A stretch of 64,000 bases of DNA from Selaginella moellendorffii (taxonomy: Eukaryota > Plantae > Lycopodiophyta), in the NCBI RefSeq assembly GCF_000143415.4, contig NW_003314274.1, positions 2,710,623-2,774,622 of the forward strand. Reading direction: 5' to 3'. The stretch's first letter is position 1. Every line of letters starts with the position of its first letter. The notes beneath the pieces were generated by a model. The model made no database searches. It was given only the letters and a program-made list of their open reading frames with translations, and was not told where the DNA came from. This document shows, in pieces, positions 35,382 through 47,845 of the stretch. The position numbers and the translations under genes are program-made.

Positions 35382-37025
35382 TCAGGGATTACTTCCCAAA
35401 CCTTGATATCCTGACCTCATGGCAAGCTTGAAGACCATGTTTTTACTGTGCTACTTTGATTTCGCACATTCAATGAGCCATTTATGCTTGTCTGTCTAGG
35501 TACTACTCTACCTAGAATTGCCTTTGGGAACCTTTAAAGCAACTCCATCCTTTAACTTGCTAGGGCCTTTGTTTTCGCAAGCTTTCTAATTGCCATATGG
35601 TCTAACATAGACAATTCCATATTTAGACTTTTCATGGCATCATGGTTGCTAGCAACAACACACTCGAGCACCCACTTGATTCTCCACTCCCAATTTACAT
35701 AACCACCCTTGATTATGCCCTTCGATTCCTATGGTTCAATTCCATCCCTTTACTACTTTGCTTTTTGGCCTCATACGTTTCCTTCATTTATTCTCTTCCA
35801 AAATAGGAGGGTAGCTTTGCACTTTCTACCATGCATTAGCAAGTATTCATAAGGATGAACCTACCTGATAGCATCGGGAGTGGTTCCTCAATCCGGGTAT
35901 GCTCACCTTGTAATCCCGCACACCAGGGTTAACGTTACTTCTCATGGGCCTTTATGTGCCCATCTTTAGCCTTGCCAAAATCCCTTTTTGGCTTTGTCCA
36001 AATCGAGTAAAGAGATTTCTCCCGTCTCTGCAACCTTGGACATTTGGATAGTGCCTTCTATTCATCATTTGCTAGGGACTTAGTCCCTTGGGCTTTATCT
36101 ATTGCCCTTGGGACACTAAACACCACCTCTTGGTATTCTAGAGTGTTTGGGTGTCCCAATTATGGCCTCCTTGACAACGAGCATTTCCTTTTACGACATT
36201 GATTTACTATATCATAACATAAGCAACTTATTGCCGATAAGGGTATACCTAACTTCTTTATGCTATTAAGAAGTCTTGGGTAGCTACCTTCTACTCGTTT
36301 AACCAATTACGTTGCATCTCTTGCTTAGTTGCCCTATAGTTGTCAAGTCTTACAACTCATTGCTTGGTGCTCCCACACCTCCATCATTATCTGGGTCACC
36401 ACATTCTAACTGCATGCCTTCCAGCTTAGGCCATGCCATTCCCATTTCCATTAGGATTCCTCTAGGAAGAGGTTCTAATAAACCCACTAACTTGACCTCA
36501 AGGCAACATGCCTTGGCACATTTGGTGTCTCCACACCCTCGGCTCTACAAGCCTATCTTTACGACACTCCCCACTTGTGTTGGGGTCTTTGCCAAGACCA
36601 GAACAGTCGTTTTTCATGCCAACTATCAGTTAGCACTGCACCATAGTGTTCACACACAACTCTATGCCAAAGGTGCTTTCTTTTGAGAAACACTTTTCCC
36701 ATGACTTTAGTATGGCACATTTTGCCATCGATGAGATACCCTCTATTCTCATACTTGGATCCTATGATCCTCTCCATCCTCCGTGGGGCGCAACACACCT
36801 CAGTCCAAATGCTTCCATCTGTCCTTTAGGACCATTCCTTGACTCTAGTTAGTCATTCAGCCTTTTGGACTTTTCCTAATCCCCCGACCTATAATGTCTT
36901 ACTTTTGAGGTGCCAGCTCATTGGAATACAACTTCTTGTATTCATGTTTTACTCATAAGGACCATTTTTGCAAGTGTTACTCCGACACTTGATTTTGTTC
37001 TCTGGGGCCAACCTTTGCCCCTTTG
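35382..37025 (-). mobile_element. Family A internal region (host of the nested family A element; continues at 44201)
   Basis: Reverse homology to 58050-59692; the sequence resumes at the homologous base at 44206. Confidence 0.85.
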
Positions 37026-37029
37026 CTCC

Positions 37030-38958
37030 GAGAAGGAGTTCGAGATGGAGTCCAAGGAGTCTGAGATAAAATTTGAGATGGACCCAAAATAGAGTTTGAG
37101 ATGGAGTCTTATATGGACTTGAGATAGACCCAAGATGGACTCTAGATGGAGTTTGTTATGGACTTGAGATAGACCTGAGATAGAGTTCGAAATGGATCTA
37201 AGATGGAGTTTGAGGTTGAGTTCAAGGGTGAAAGCCCAAAGCATTTGTCTCTTTGACCCTGGGGCATTTGGTGAGCTCTAAAAGTATAATAGGAGGTCTC
37301 TAGTGGAGCCAATTTGGTTAAGAAAGACTAGTTTGGACAAAAAAGGTTAATATGACCAAGGAAGGTTATACCCACATGGTGGGTGATGATATAACCATTG
37401 AGGAGTTCAAGGCTAGAATGAACATAGATAGACAAGTGGGATAACATAATGAAGTGTTCAAAAGCAAACTTTATCTCCCCTGAGAGATTGAATGGTCAAT
37501 ACTCTCAATCCATGTTTGGGTGGCTCTACCTACTTGTGTGTGGCTTGTTGGAACCAAAGGTGGAAGGTGGGGAGAGTACCCTCAAGGCTTGCATACAACT
37601 GTGGTGTTTCAAAATGCTATCCCAATGTCCTAGACTATGGAAAGGAAGAAAAGCAGTCCTTTTATGTAGTGACCAAAGATACAGTCATGCGGCAAGGAAG
37701 TCTTAAAGGTCAATGGGATATAGTGGTTGGGCCTTTCGGCCCAAACCCATGTAAGCCACAAATTTTTCCTTTCCAATTTGCCAGTTTACTTCGTTTATCC
37801 GACCGACACTGCCTTGGCTTTTGCTAAGTTCCCTCGCCAAGGTTCCCGCCTATTGTACCAGCTCCTACTTGGTTCTACTTGGTTTCAGCTACTCACTGCA
37901 CGAGCAATGGAGCATTAGCCATCCATCCACGGATTCTCAAATCTCTCCCAATCCCCCTCCCTGGGTTAGACTGGACTTAAGGTTTGGCTACACTCCCCGT
38001 AGGCACAAGCAGCCAAGCACACCAAGCCTCTAGGTTTCTGACATCCTTTGGTACAACAAGACTTGATCATGGGACCCTCTAAATCCCAAGTCTTGGGTGC
38101 AACACTTGCTTTGGGACACCAGGGCAAAACACCATGGCCTAACGGCCCGGTATGGGTACCTCTACCCCCCCAGTTCTATCCCGAAGGGAAGGCCCAAGCC
38201 CCTAGGAAGGGTGAAGACCAATGAGCCACAAGGTACTCAAGTGGGGCACCCCTCCACATGAGCTGGGAGCACTGCAGTCGGTTTCCCTTTCGAGAGTGGG
38301 AGCTGCTCTTGAGCACTTCCTTGGGTGGCCCCTTCGGCACCACCCGAGTCCATGCTCACTCCCACCCAAGGCCCCTCGGCCCTAGTCTCAACCTCAAGTT
38401 AGTTTGGAAGCACCACTGGAGAGTTCCTTCAAGACTGGTTCTTGGACCTCACTATCCCTACTATACTTTTGGAACCCTTTGCAGCCCCCCCCCCCCCCCC
38501 CCCTGGGAGACGCACGCTTTGGGCTTTCACCCCTTGACTTGTATTAGTACTCGGACTTAGTCTCGGACTCGATCTCGGACTTGATCTCGGACCCGACTTT
38601 AAACTCGGTCTCGGACTTAATCTTAGACTCGATCTCAGACCTGATCTCGGACTCAACTTTGGACTCGACCTTGGACTTGGTCTCGGACCCGATTCAGATC
38701 TCGGACTCTATCTCGAACTCGGTCTCAGAGTCAGTCTTGGACTCGATCTTCAACTCGGTCACATCTGATGAACTCTTTGTCATTTTGGTCATGCTTTTAG
38801 GGATCCTTTAGCTTACGACACCTCGGGGAGTTGGTTCCTTACAACTTAGTATTGGCGAACATGGCTATTGACAGAGAGGGGATTGGCAGGGACTAAACAA
38901 GGGCTGTTAGAGAAGGTTATTTCCTATGTCTTTGGGCAATTTAATGATGCTAAGGTGT
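37030..38958 (+). mobile_element. Degenerate family A LTR segment (continuation of 31613-31955), interrupted by solo LTR C
   Basis: Decayed GGAGTCCGAGAT array, GGGTGAAAGCCCAAAGC core; ends at ..GATGCTAAGGTGT. Confidence 0.8.
37750..38843 (-). mobile_element. Solo LTR C
   Basis: Colinear with 12382-13530 from TGTAAGCCAC to GGTTCCTTACA; flanks ACCCA and ACTTA (possible decayed TSD). Confidence 0.88.
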
Positions 38959-41626
38959 TGTAGCAGATGTGGTTTTTACCCTTTATCCTATGGTGATTTA
39001 CCATAGGATAACACCATGAAGCGAAACCTAAACCCTCTATGTGACATGTGTCATATGCCACATGTCACATACCACGTGTCCATAGGATAGTGGTGTGGAA
39101 CTCAAGGTTCAAGGCCTTGGCACTGAACAAAAGAACGGTGCCAAACTCCTAAGCATAGAGCTAAGGAGTGATGGAACTAGACCATAGAGCATCTCCCAAG
39201 CATACAACCCAAGGAGCGAAGGGATAGGAGCCTGGAGCGACTTGGAACAGTCCTAGAGCAACCACCATCTTAATGCCAAGACCAGCATACAAAATGGAGC
39301 CAAACAGAGTCTAATGCTATTTCAGCATACCGGTGGCCTAACGTGAGGACATGGGTACTCCACTAGCTAGTATGGAATGGAACTTAGGCTTAGACCCAAG
39401 CCAGACACAGAACAAGGACAGGCACACAAGCGGGAGCTAGACTATACTTTAGGTTGGTCGGCCATGCCCAACCTACCCACTATCCCTACTATAATTTTGG
39501 AACCCCCCATAGCCCCCACCCCCCTGAGGAACACATGCTTTGGGCTTTCATCCCAAGCCTCCCTTAGTATCAGGAGTTAGTCTTTGGGGCAAGTTTGAAA
39601 CTTATTAAATATGGAATGGCGTTAGAATGTGAATTTGGACACAGGATGAACACCGTTGTGTTCAAGCCAATCTTTACATTTCGTAGATATGCCAAATGAG
39701 CAAATCTAGACACTTTCCATAAATAATATTTGGGACCGAAATGAGACTAACACAAAGGGCATGATAGCAAGGGTGTTTGGCAGACACGGTAAGCTATTAT
39801 GTAGCGATATTGAGGGACTAGTCTCAATATGCGAGGGTTCTTGTCAAGCCAGTGCAAGACAGAGCAAAAGAGAACTAATAAGCCAAGTCGAGTTTACTCA
39901 GCTAAATAGACACTTAGGAATTCCTTCCTTATGCTCATCTAGCCAAGTACAGATGCTAAGCACAATTTACTAACACTTGAACAAGAGGGGCTGATAAAGA
40001 GAACCAACAATACTGACCTCCTGCCGTCGTGGCAGTAAGGAAAGAGTGTCTGTAAGGACTGGCCGACAGGTAACTTTCGATACCCGAAGTCACATTCGCG
40101 ACACTCTCCCCCCTAGGGAAGATCGACGCCCTCGTCGATGCATACTCGAGTCTAGAATACCACCAAGGAAACAACTCCAAAAAAAGTTCTCGGTATTCAC
40201 ACTATGTGAGAAATGCACCAACTTAAATGAGTTAGGAAGCAACCTCTGTGTCTAACGAGGACGTGCTATGAGCTCAGACACCTTCCAGCCGTCATCGACA
40301 AGGAAATGACCAATGGAGTCAGCCACCCTTTCTGCTCTGGGTGTCACCCAGCTTACAAAAGTGTAATACGCCCCTACCTGCAAGGACATAGAGAGAGAAG
40401 CTAGAGGCCCCAACCCTCTTGAGCAAAGAAACCAAACCCGTCGGTAAGGTTTAGATAGACTACTATAAACAAGTAGTTAGAGTTGTTTACACGGTCACAC
40501 CCTTTTAATGGAATAAGGATCATCGACAGAGAGGCAGGTGATGTGATCAGTCGACAGTAGCTACCCCATGACTAGAGATTTCAACATGCATATGAAGTGC
40601 CAAAGCTAGTCTGCCTATACGGGCCCAAACGAAAAGATCAATAGATGAACAATATTAAAGTCATAAATAATGATATCTTAGAGACTTAATTATAAGTGAA
40701 TAAAGCTTAGATTAGAACACAAAAGTATTCCAAGTAAGTTATCATCCGATAAACCAATATTATAGGATAGGAACCACCAAGATCACTATAGTTGGAAAAC
40801 ATAGGATTCACCATCCAACAAAATTCAATAGCAAATATATCATCAAGAAAACTCAATGATAAAGCTCAACTACCAAAGATTGTAGACAGTATGCTAAACA
40901 ACTTACCAAAGATAATTCAAAGAACACAAAGTATTTTGACTGGCAAGCAAGAGATTTGCGAATGTATCACCCAAAGGATATAACATCCTAATCTATCAGA
41001 ACTAACTTGAGCAACAATCAACATAACATAATGAAAATGGTAATACTAAAAAACACTTAGTCATGCCAACCATCACACCAACAAATTTGAATAGATCCCA
41101 GTCAACAATACCAAGGAACTGAAGTTGCTTAAGCAAGTGTCAGCAACATCCTACTGATGTTTCAAACCCAAGAGACCAATCCAAAGCAAACCACAAAAAA
41201 TATGTGGTATTGCAAAAAGCCATAAGCCATCAAAGAGAATAACTAACCATCATGAAAAATCATTAATCATCCCATCAATAAAGCAAGGCATAATCATCAT
41301 CAAAGAAAGAATTTACCATCCCATAGAATAGCAAATCATTCTATACCAACAACAATCAAGCAAAACCTTTGATAAGGATAATCAACTATCCTAGATGATA
41401 ATCAATCATCACCAATGATTGCTAGATGCAAAAGCCAAGTTCAACATTGAAACTAATGAGCCAAAATGCCTTCCCCCAACAACTTCTAACAAATGGAACA
41501 ATGAGCATAAAACTCAAGGAACCAAAAGCTCAAAGAAGCCTATAGCTAAGTCTTGCCTAACAAATGATCACGAGTCTCGTAGGAATTAACTTCAATGCTA
41601 AAGAGAAATCGTAGTATAACCCACAA
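38959..41626 (-). mobile_element. Family D element, inverted 3' half: 3' LTR 38959-40103, PPT 40104-40115, internal
   Basis: Minus strand AGGGGGGAGAG-TGTCGCGAAT...CTGCTACA followed by ACACC, the same TSD as at 31951-31955. Confidence 0.85.
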
Positions 41627-44200
41627 GACCCGAGATGGAGTTCGAGATGGACCCGAGACGGAGTCCGAGATGGAGTCCGAGATGGACCCGAGATGGAGTC
41701 CGAGATGGACCGAGATGGAGTCCAAGATTGAGTCCAAGATGGACCCGAGATGGAATCTGAGATGGAGTCCGAGAAGGACCCGAGATAGAGTCCGAGGTCA
41801 AGCCCGAGACCGGGACTGAGACCGAGACTGGGACCAAGACCGAGATCGAGACCGAGACCGAGACCGAAACCAGGACCGAGACCGAGGCCGAGGCCGAGGC
41901 TGAGCCCCCGCCCGAGTCCGAGTCCAAGTCCGAGTCTGAGTCCGAGTCTGAGTCTGAGTCTGAGTCCGAGTTCGAGTCCGAGTTCGAGTCTGAGAGGGTG
42001 AAAGCCCAAAGCGTTCCTCTCCCAGACCCTGGGGGATTTGGTGAGCTCCAAAAGTATAGTAAGGGGGAGGACTGCAGTGGAGCCAGTTTGGCCAGGAAAG
42101 GCCAGTTTGGCCCAAGAAGGCTGTATCCAGTGTTGGGTGATGAGCTGCCCATTGGGAAGTCCAAGACTAGAGTGAACACGGACCAACAAGTGGGGTAGCT
42201 TGGTGAAGTGTTCAAGAGCCAGCTCTAGTTCCCCTAGGAGATCGACTGGCCGATGCTCTCAGTCCATGTGTGGGTAGCACTACCTACTTGGATACCAGGC
42301 GTGGCTCAATGGAACCTCGCTCTAAGCCCATGGCTAGAGCACCTAAAGGCGGAAGGTGGGGAGAGTACCCACGGGGCTCGCGTAGGCCCACGGTGTTCCG
42401 AAATGTTGTCCCGGATTCCCAAATGGGGGAAAGGAGGAGGAGCAGTCCTCTAGTGTAGTGACTAAGGATATAGTCACATGGTGAGGAAGTTCTAGAGGAT
42501 CATGGGACTTAGTGGTCGGGCCTGTGGGCCTTGATCTAGTGGCAGTGTCGGCGAACATGGCCATGGACAGAAAAGGGACTTGGTAGGAACTGACAAAGGG
42601 ATATTGGGGAAGACTATTCCCCATGTTTGTAGGCATCCTAAGGATGCTAAGGAGTGGATCTGGGTTGACCACTCGTGGACGGATGGTCCAGTCTTGGAGA
42701 GACGGGATTGTGATGCAAGTGGTATTGGACCACTAGTGTGGCAAAGGTGAATGGGCATGGCCTTAGTGTAACGGGCCGATATGTCAATGGTACCTTTGAG
42801 TGTCGATCTTGGGACCGGACAAGTGGAGCACTTGGACTAAGTGCAAGGGATGAGTGGCATGGATGCCATTCTCAGGGCTAGCAAGTCCCAAGTCTTGAAT
42901 TGGACTTAAGGAGGTTGTGAATGAGACTCCTCCAAGTGGTCAAAGGTGTGGTTAAGTGACTAAAGTAGAATGGAAAATTTAGTCGCTTACAACTTGGTAT
43001 CAGAGCTGTTCCTTAGTCCGACTTTTATTGGTGCTGAAGTATATCACCACTAGTGTTGGCATCGGAAGGTCCTAGGAATGGGCTTGTCCTTGAGGAGTAG
43101 CAAGTCGGGAAGACATGGCTCTCCACTATAGTTCATGTGTGAACTTGTAGGCAAGGTGGTGGATAAAAAAGGGCCAATGATGGAACGACTTTGGGATCTT
43201 AGGAATAGTGTAAGGCTTTCCTCATTGAGTGAGGATGTGATCCAGATGAGTGTTTGATGTAGTTAACGGGCTAATGTAGTTGTGGTGAACAACTATAGTT
43301 GGGATCACCGGAAAGAGGTAGACTCCAGAACAATAAAGGAGTCACAAGATTACTCTCATGTAATTGAGGCTAGTGCTCATAAGTTTGAGACCGGAATTAA
43401 TGACCGTGGGAGGTCAAATACGGAAGAGGACACAAGTCCTTGAAATGGTAGCCAAGGCTACCTTTAATAAATGCTGGAAAAACCCAAAGGAGTTGCGGTG
43501 TACTTAGAGAATGAGTTGGTATTCTCATCACATGGACAAGTGGTCATAAGGGGCAAAAGGTTGCCCCTAAAGAACAAATTAAGTGTCAGAGTAACACTTG
43601 CAAAGATGGTCCTTGTGAGTAGGACATAAGTACAAGAAGTTGACCTCTTATCAATCCTCTAGTGTAGTGACTAAGGATACAGTCACATGGTGAGGAAGTC
43701 CCAGAGGACCATGGGACTTAGTGGTCGGGCCTATGGGCCTTGATGTAGTGGCAGTGTCGGCGAACATGGCCATGGACAGAAAAGGGACTTGGTAGGAACT
43801 GACAAAGGGATATTGGGGAAGACTATTCCCCATGTTTGTAGGCATCCTAAGGATGCTAAGGAGTGGATCTGGGTTGACCACTCGTGGACGGATGGTCCAG
43901 TCTTGGAGAGACGGGATTGTGATGCAAGTAGTATTGGACCACTAGTGTGGCAAAGGTGAATGGGCATGGCCTTAGTGTAACGGGCCGATATGTCAGTGGT
44001 ACCTTTGGGTGTCGATCTTGGGACCGGACACGTGGAGCACTTGGACTAAGTGCAAGGGATGAGTGGCATGGATGCCATCCTCAGGGCTAGCAAGTCCCAA
44101 GTCTTGAATGGGACTTAAGGAGGTTGTGAATGAGACTCTTCCAAGTGGTCAAAGGTGTGGTTAAGTGACTAAAGTAGAATGGAAAATTTAGTCGCTTACA
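41627..44200 (+). mobile_element. Family A element with internal deletion: rest of the 5' LTR to 42991, PBS 42995-43006, short internal, last ~545 bp of the 3' LTR
   Basis: CGCTTACA-ACT-TGGTATCAGAGC; 43655-44200 is nearly identical to 42445-42991; abrupt internal-to-LTR junction near 43650. Confidence 0.88.
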
Positions 44201-44827
44201 CTTGAGTGTTCAAAGAGATGGCTTTGAACAAAAGTCAATGGTTAAAGACTTTCACGCTTATGCATGAACCATGTTATGCCAATCATGTGACTTGCTAAAT
44301 GGGATTGGCGAGTCAGGGAACAAGGACCCTAGTTAAAGGTGCTGAATTCAAAGAGGGGTGGCCTATGGGGCCAAGCATGGAGGAATCCATGCATGATCAC
44401 AGGCTTATCAAGTGAGAGGACTTGGCAGTTTGGAGGAACTAAGTTCCTGAGCTGTGATCCATAGTGTCAAGAATTCCCCAATTCTTGCCACATTCCTAAC
44501 TCTTGCCAGATTTCTGACCTACAGATCACATTCCTGACTCTCGAGACACTTCCCTATTCCTGACTCTCTGATTTGCTGTACGATTCCTAAGTCTCGAGCC
44601 ACATTCCTGATGATAATGTGGTGCCTCCTCGACCTCAATTATATCTAGGCCGTCCTTGATCCAAGAGTGCTGGAGCTTCATCAACCTATAGTATATATAG
44701 GTTAGCCTTGTTCCATTTCTCCACAATCTGAATCAATGCCAGTCTAAGGCCTCTTCTTTGTTTCCACTAGCTTTTCTCTTTGTCTTTTGCATTTTCTCGT
44801 CTTGATCTTGTTGGGGGTCTTGACAGT

Positions 44828-44842
44828 TTGATTCAGATTGTG
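44828..44842 (+). promoter_or_regulatory. Self-priming primer-binding site complementary to the element's own R region
   Basis: TTGATTCAGATTGTG is the exact reverse complement of CACAATCTGAATCAA (44722-44736), which lies about 23 nt after TATATATA (44692-44699). Confidence 0.85.
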
Positions 44843-44924
44843 TTCTTTTCGTTTTTTGCTTTAGCTCGTTTTGATTGTTTGACTACCTTTGCCTTTTTCC
44901 CCCCTTTTTTCTTTCTTCTTGGCG

Positions 44925-46320
44925 ATGGAGTCTCCAAGCCATCCTAATTTCTTTGCCGAAGTCCTTGCAAAAATCCAGTCTGAGAATACTGAGCTGAAGG
45001 TGACCTTTCTTCGCATGCAGTAGGACCTTGCTTCACTTTTGGCTCAAGGATCCAGCAAAGTTCCTGAACCAAAGGTGAGTTTCCCAGCGAAATTTTCAGG
45101 CAAGCTTTCAAAGCTTTGCGGATTCCTGAACCAAATGGAGCTGATCTTCGCACTTCAACATCGGCAATACCGCACTCCCGAGTCTCAAATTGGCGTGATT
45201 GGGACGTTGCTTGAAGGTGCAGCTTTGTCATGGTTTTCTCCTCTTCTGGAAAAGAGCATGAAAGGGGTTGAGGTTCCGGAGCTGATGGATCAATTGTTCA
45301 AAGAGAAGCTCAAAGCATGTTTTGGCAAGACAGATCGGGTTTGGGCTGCTACCACAAAGATGAGACATCCCTCTTAGGGGTCTTGTCCTACCTCGATCTA
45401 TGCTACAGAGTTCCAACTCCTTGCCTTGGACACTCAGTGGGATGAGCGGGCCCTGATTGACCAATTTCGTTTCGGCCTCAACAATGGTGTCAAGGATTCA
45501 TTGCTCACCATGGAGGATCCCAATGATCTGTCAGACGCCATCAATAAAGCTATTCGATATGACAATCGTCTCTTTGAACGTCATCAGGAAAGTCACCGCG
45601 ACGCTGTTTTTCCGTCCCAGAACTCTGGCCGAAAATCCCGATTCAATCTCTCACTTCCTTCTCCATCCAAATCCTCTCGTTCAAATCCCCGCTCTAAGGC
45701 ATTTGTCTCCAACCTCCAGGAAATCCACAACTCCATCTCCTTCCACCTCCATCGTGCTCAGGAATCTCACAAAACATTTGCCAATGTCCATTGTCCCCCT
45801 TACAATATCAGGGATAAAGTCTGGCTCCTCAGGCAAAAAATCTCCACCACCAGGCCCTGTCCAAAACTTGATTTCAAACGCCTCGGTCCTTTCCCCATCA
45901 CTGCCATCATTAATCTTGTCACTTATCGCCTTGCAATTCCCTCCTCATATCAAATTCACCCCGTTTTTCACTCCTCTCTCCTTGAGCCTTATATTCCTAG
46001 TCCTATTCCAAATCGGGTCATTCCTCCGCCTCCACTAGGGCAGCTCAAGGATGGGTCTGAGTACGAGGTTTAGGACATCCTTGATTCCAAGATTTCATGA
46101 TCTAAACTCTACTATCTGGTCGACTGGAAGGGTTATGGACCTGAGGAACACACTTGGGAACCTACGGACAACCTAATTCATTCTCCTGACCTTGTTCAGG
46201 ACTTCCACCACCACTATCCTTCTCGTCCCAATCCTCATTCTTTTTTTCCATCTCCCATCCCTCGCCACTCATCTCATCCTCCTCTTCATTCTCGTTCACG
46301 TCCTCGTTCTACTCATTCTT
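44925..46320 (+). pseudogene. gag fused to integrase C-terminus (GPY/F) and chromodomain; PR, RT, RNase H and IN core missing
   Basis: EPKVSFPAKFSG..GFLNQMELIF..LEGAALSWF; WDERALIDQFRFGLNNGVKD; KLDFKRLGPFPI..IHPVFHSSLLEPY; EYEV*DILDSK..LYYLVDWKGYGPEEHTWEP. Confidence 0.88.
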
Positions 46321-47845
46321 GAGGACGGGGTGCTGTCAGGAATCCCCCAATTCTTGCCACATTCCTAACTCTCGCTGGATTCCTGACCTACAGACCATAT
46401 TCCTGACTCTCGAGACACTTCCCTATTCCTGACTCTCGAGACACTTCCCTATTCCTGACTCTCTGATTTGCTGTACGATTCCTAAGTTTTGAGCCACATT
46501 CTTGATGATGATGTGGTGCCTCCTCGACCTCAATTATATCTAGGCCGTCCTTGATCCAAGAGTGCTGGAGCTTCATCAACCTATAGTATATATAGGTTAG
46601 CCTTGTTCCATTTCCCCACAATCTAAATCAATGTCAGTCTAAGGCCTTTATTTCCACTAGCTTTTCTCTTTGTCTTTTGCATTTTCCAGTCTTGATTTTG
46701 TTGGGGGTCTTGACACATAGCGTGCTTTGGGTATAAATTGGTGCACCGGTGTGGGGAGTCACGCCAGGCATCTAGGGTGATGCCGTCTGTAGATGCATAT
46801 ATAGAGGTTGGGTTCAAGTCCTGACCCTCTAGTGCTTTGGTTCGAGTCCCAAATCACTAGGGCATGGTGATGGTTTGGAATATGAGGACACTCATATTTC
46901 GGTGGTCATGGACTCTTAGTGAGGAGACTGGCTTGGGCACACTGCTAAGCAGGGGATGCTCCGGAGTCGTGATGCACGGTTAGATTGCTTAGAGTGAAAG
47001 CTCAACATATCTAACTTGAATACCTTGGTGTAAAGGGCACCAAGGACGTGGTGAATGAGATGGGGACACCCAATCTCAGTTGCTATGGATCCTTGGCCGG
47101 AAGGGCTAGCTTGGGCGCACCGCCAAGTGTGAGGGATGCCCCCAGAGTCATAGTCAACAATTTAAAAGGGGTCTGGAAGACTTAATCCCTATTGACAAAC
47201 CTGTTAAGGTGCCAAGGTGTGATCACTAGGTGATCTTATGGCTAAAATAAGGACAAGGTCTTTGTGAGGCTAAGGGATAAAGTTCGTAATTCAAAGTGTT
47301 GGTTTGAACTATTGATGATAGTGTGGCTTGGTCAGGTGACTAAGTGGGAAGAACACCTAAGGAAAATCATTTGTGACTATGCGATGGCATAGTGAGACCA
47401 AAGAAGGTAGTCTCTATAAACGAGCCATGGGAGGGTCACAATGTTGGGCAAGGGATAGAGCCCACAGTAAAAAATCCTAAAGAGACGTACTAGAAGTGAA
47501 CACCCTTTGGACTTGGCAAAGTAAAGTCTTTGCTATGGAACCGAAAGGATACCTCAAGAATAGAGGTAGTGATCCGATGTTGCTAGGTGCAACAATCAAG
47601 GATAGGAGCAAAAGACTAGTGGCTAATAAAAGAGCCATGGGAATAATGGGAAAGAATCCAAAAGGCAAAGTTAGGCCAAGAACACTAATATGTTGGGTGC
47701 TAACGAATTGTGGGAAATGCAATGTGTTTCCAAGGATGGATTCCCAATTACTCTGATTTGGCGGAAGTGGAAGCCCCAAAGGAGGGAGCAGTAAGGTAGC
47801 CAAATGATAGGGCCATGGACAGCTTTAGCACAAATTATGATAATG

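Larger units (their letters stand above)
44465..46715 (+). mobile_element. Element E: 2.25-kb non-autonomous Tcn1/Tf1-like chromovirus derivative with a self-priming site
   Basis: LTRs 44465-44825 and 46334-46715 (TGTCA...TGACA); TSD CATAG at 44460-44464 and 46716-46720; PPT GAGGACGGGG at 46321; no TGG-starting tRNA PBS. Confidence 0.92.
44201..47845 (+). mobile_element. Family A internal region hosting element E
   Basis: Homologous to 59690-61075 once 44465-46720 is removed. Confidence 0.85.
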
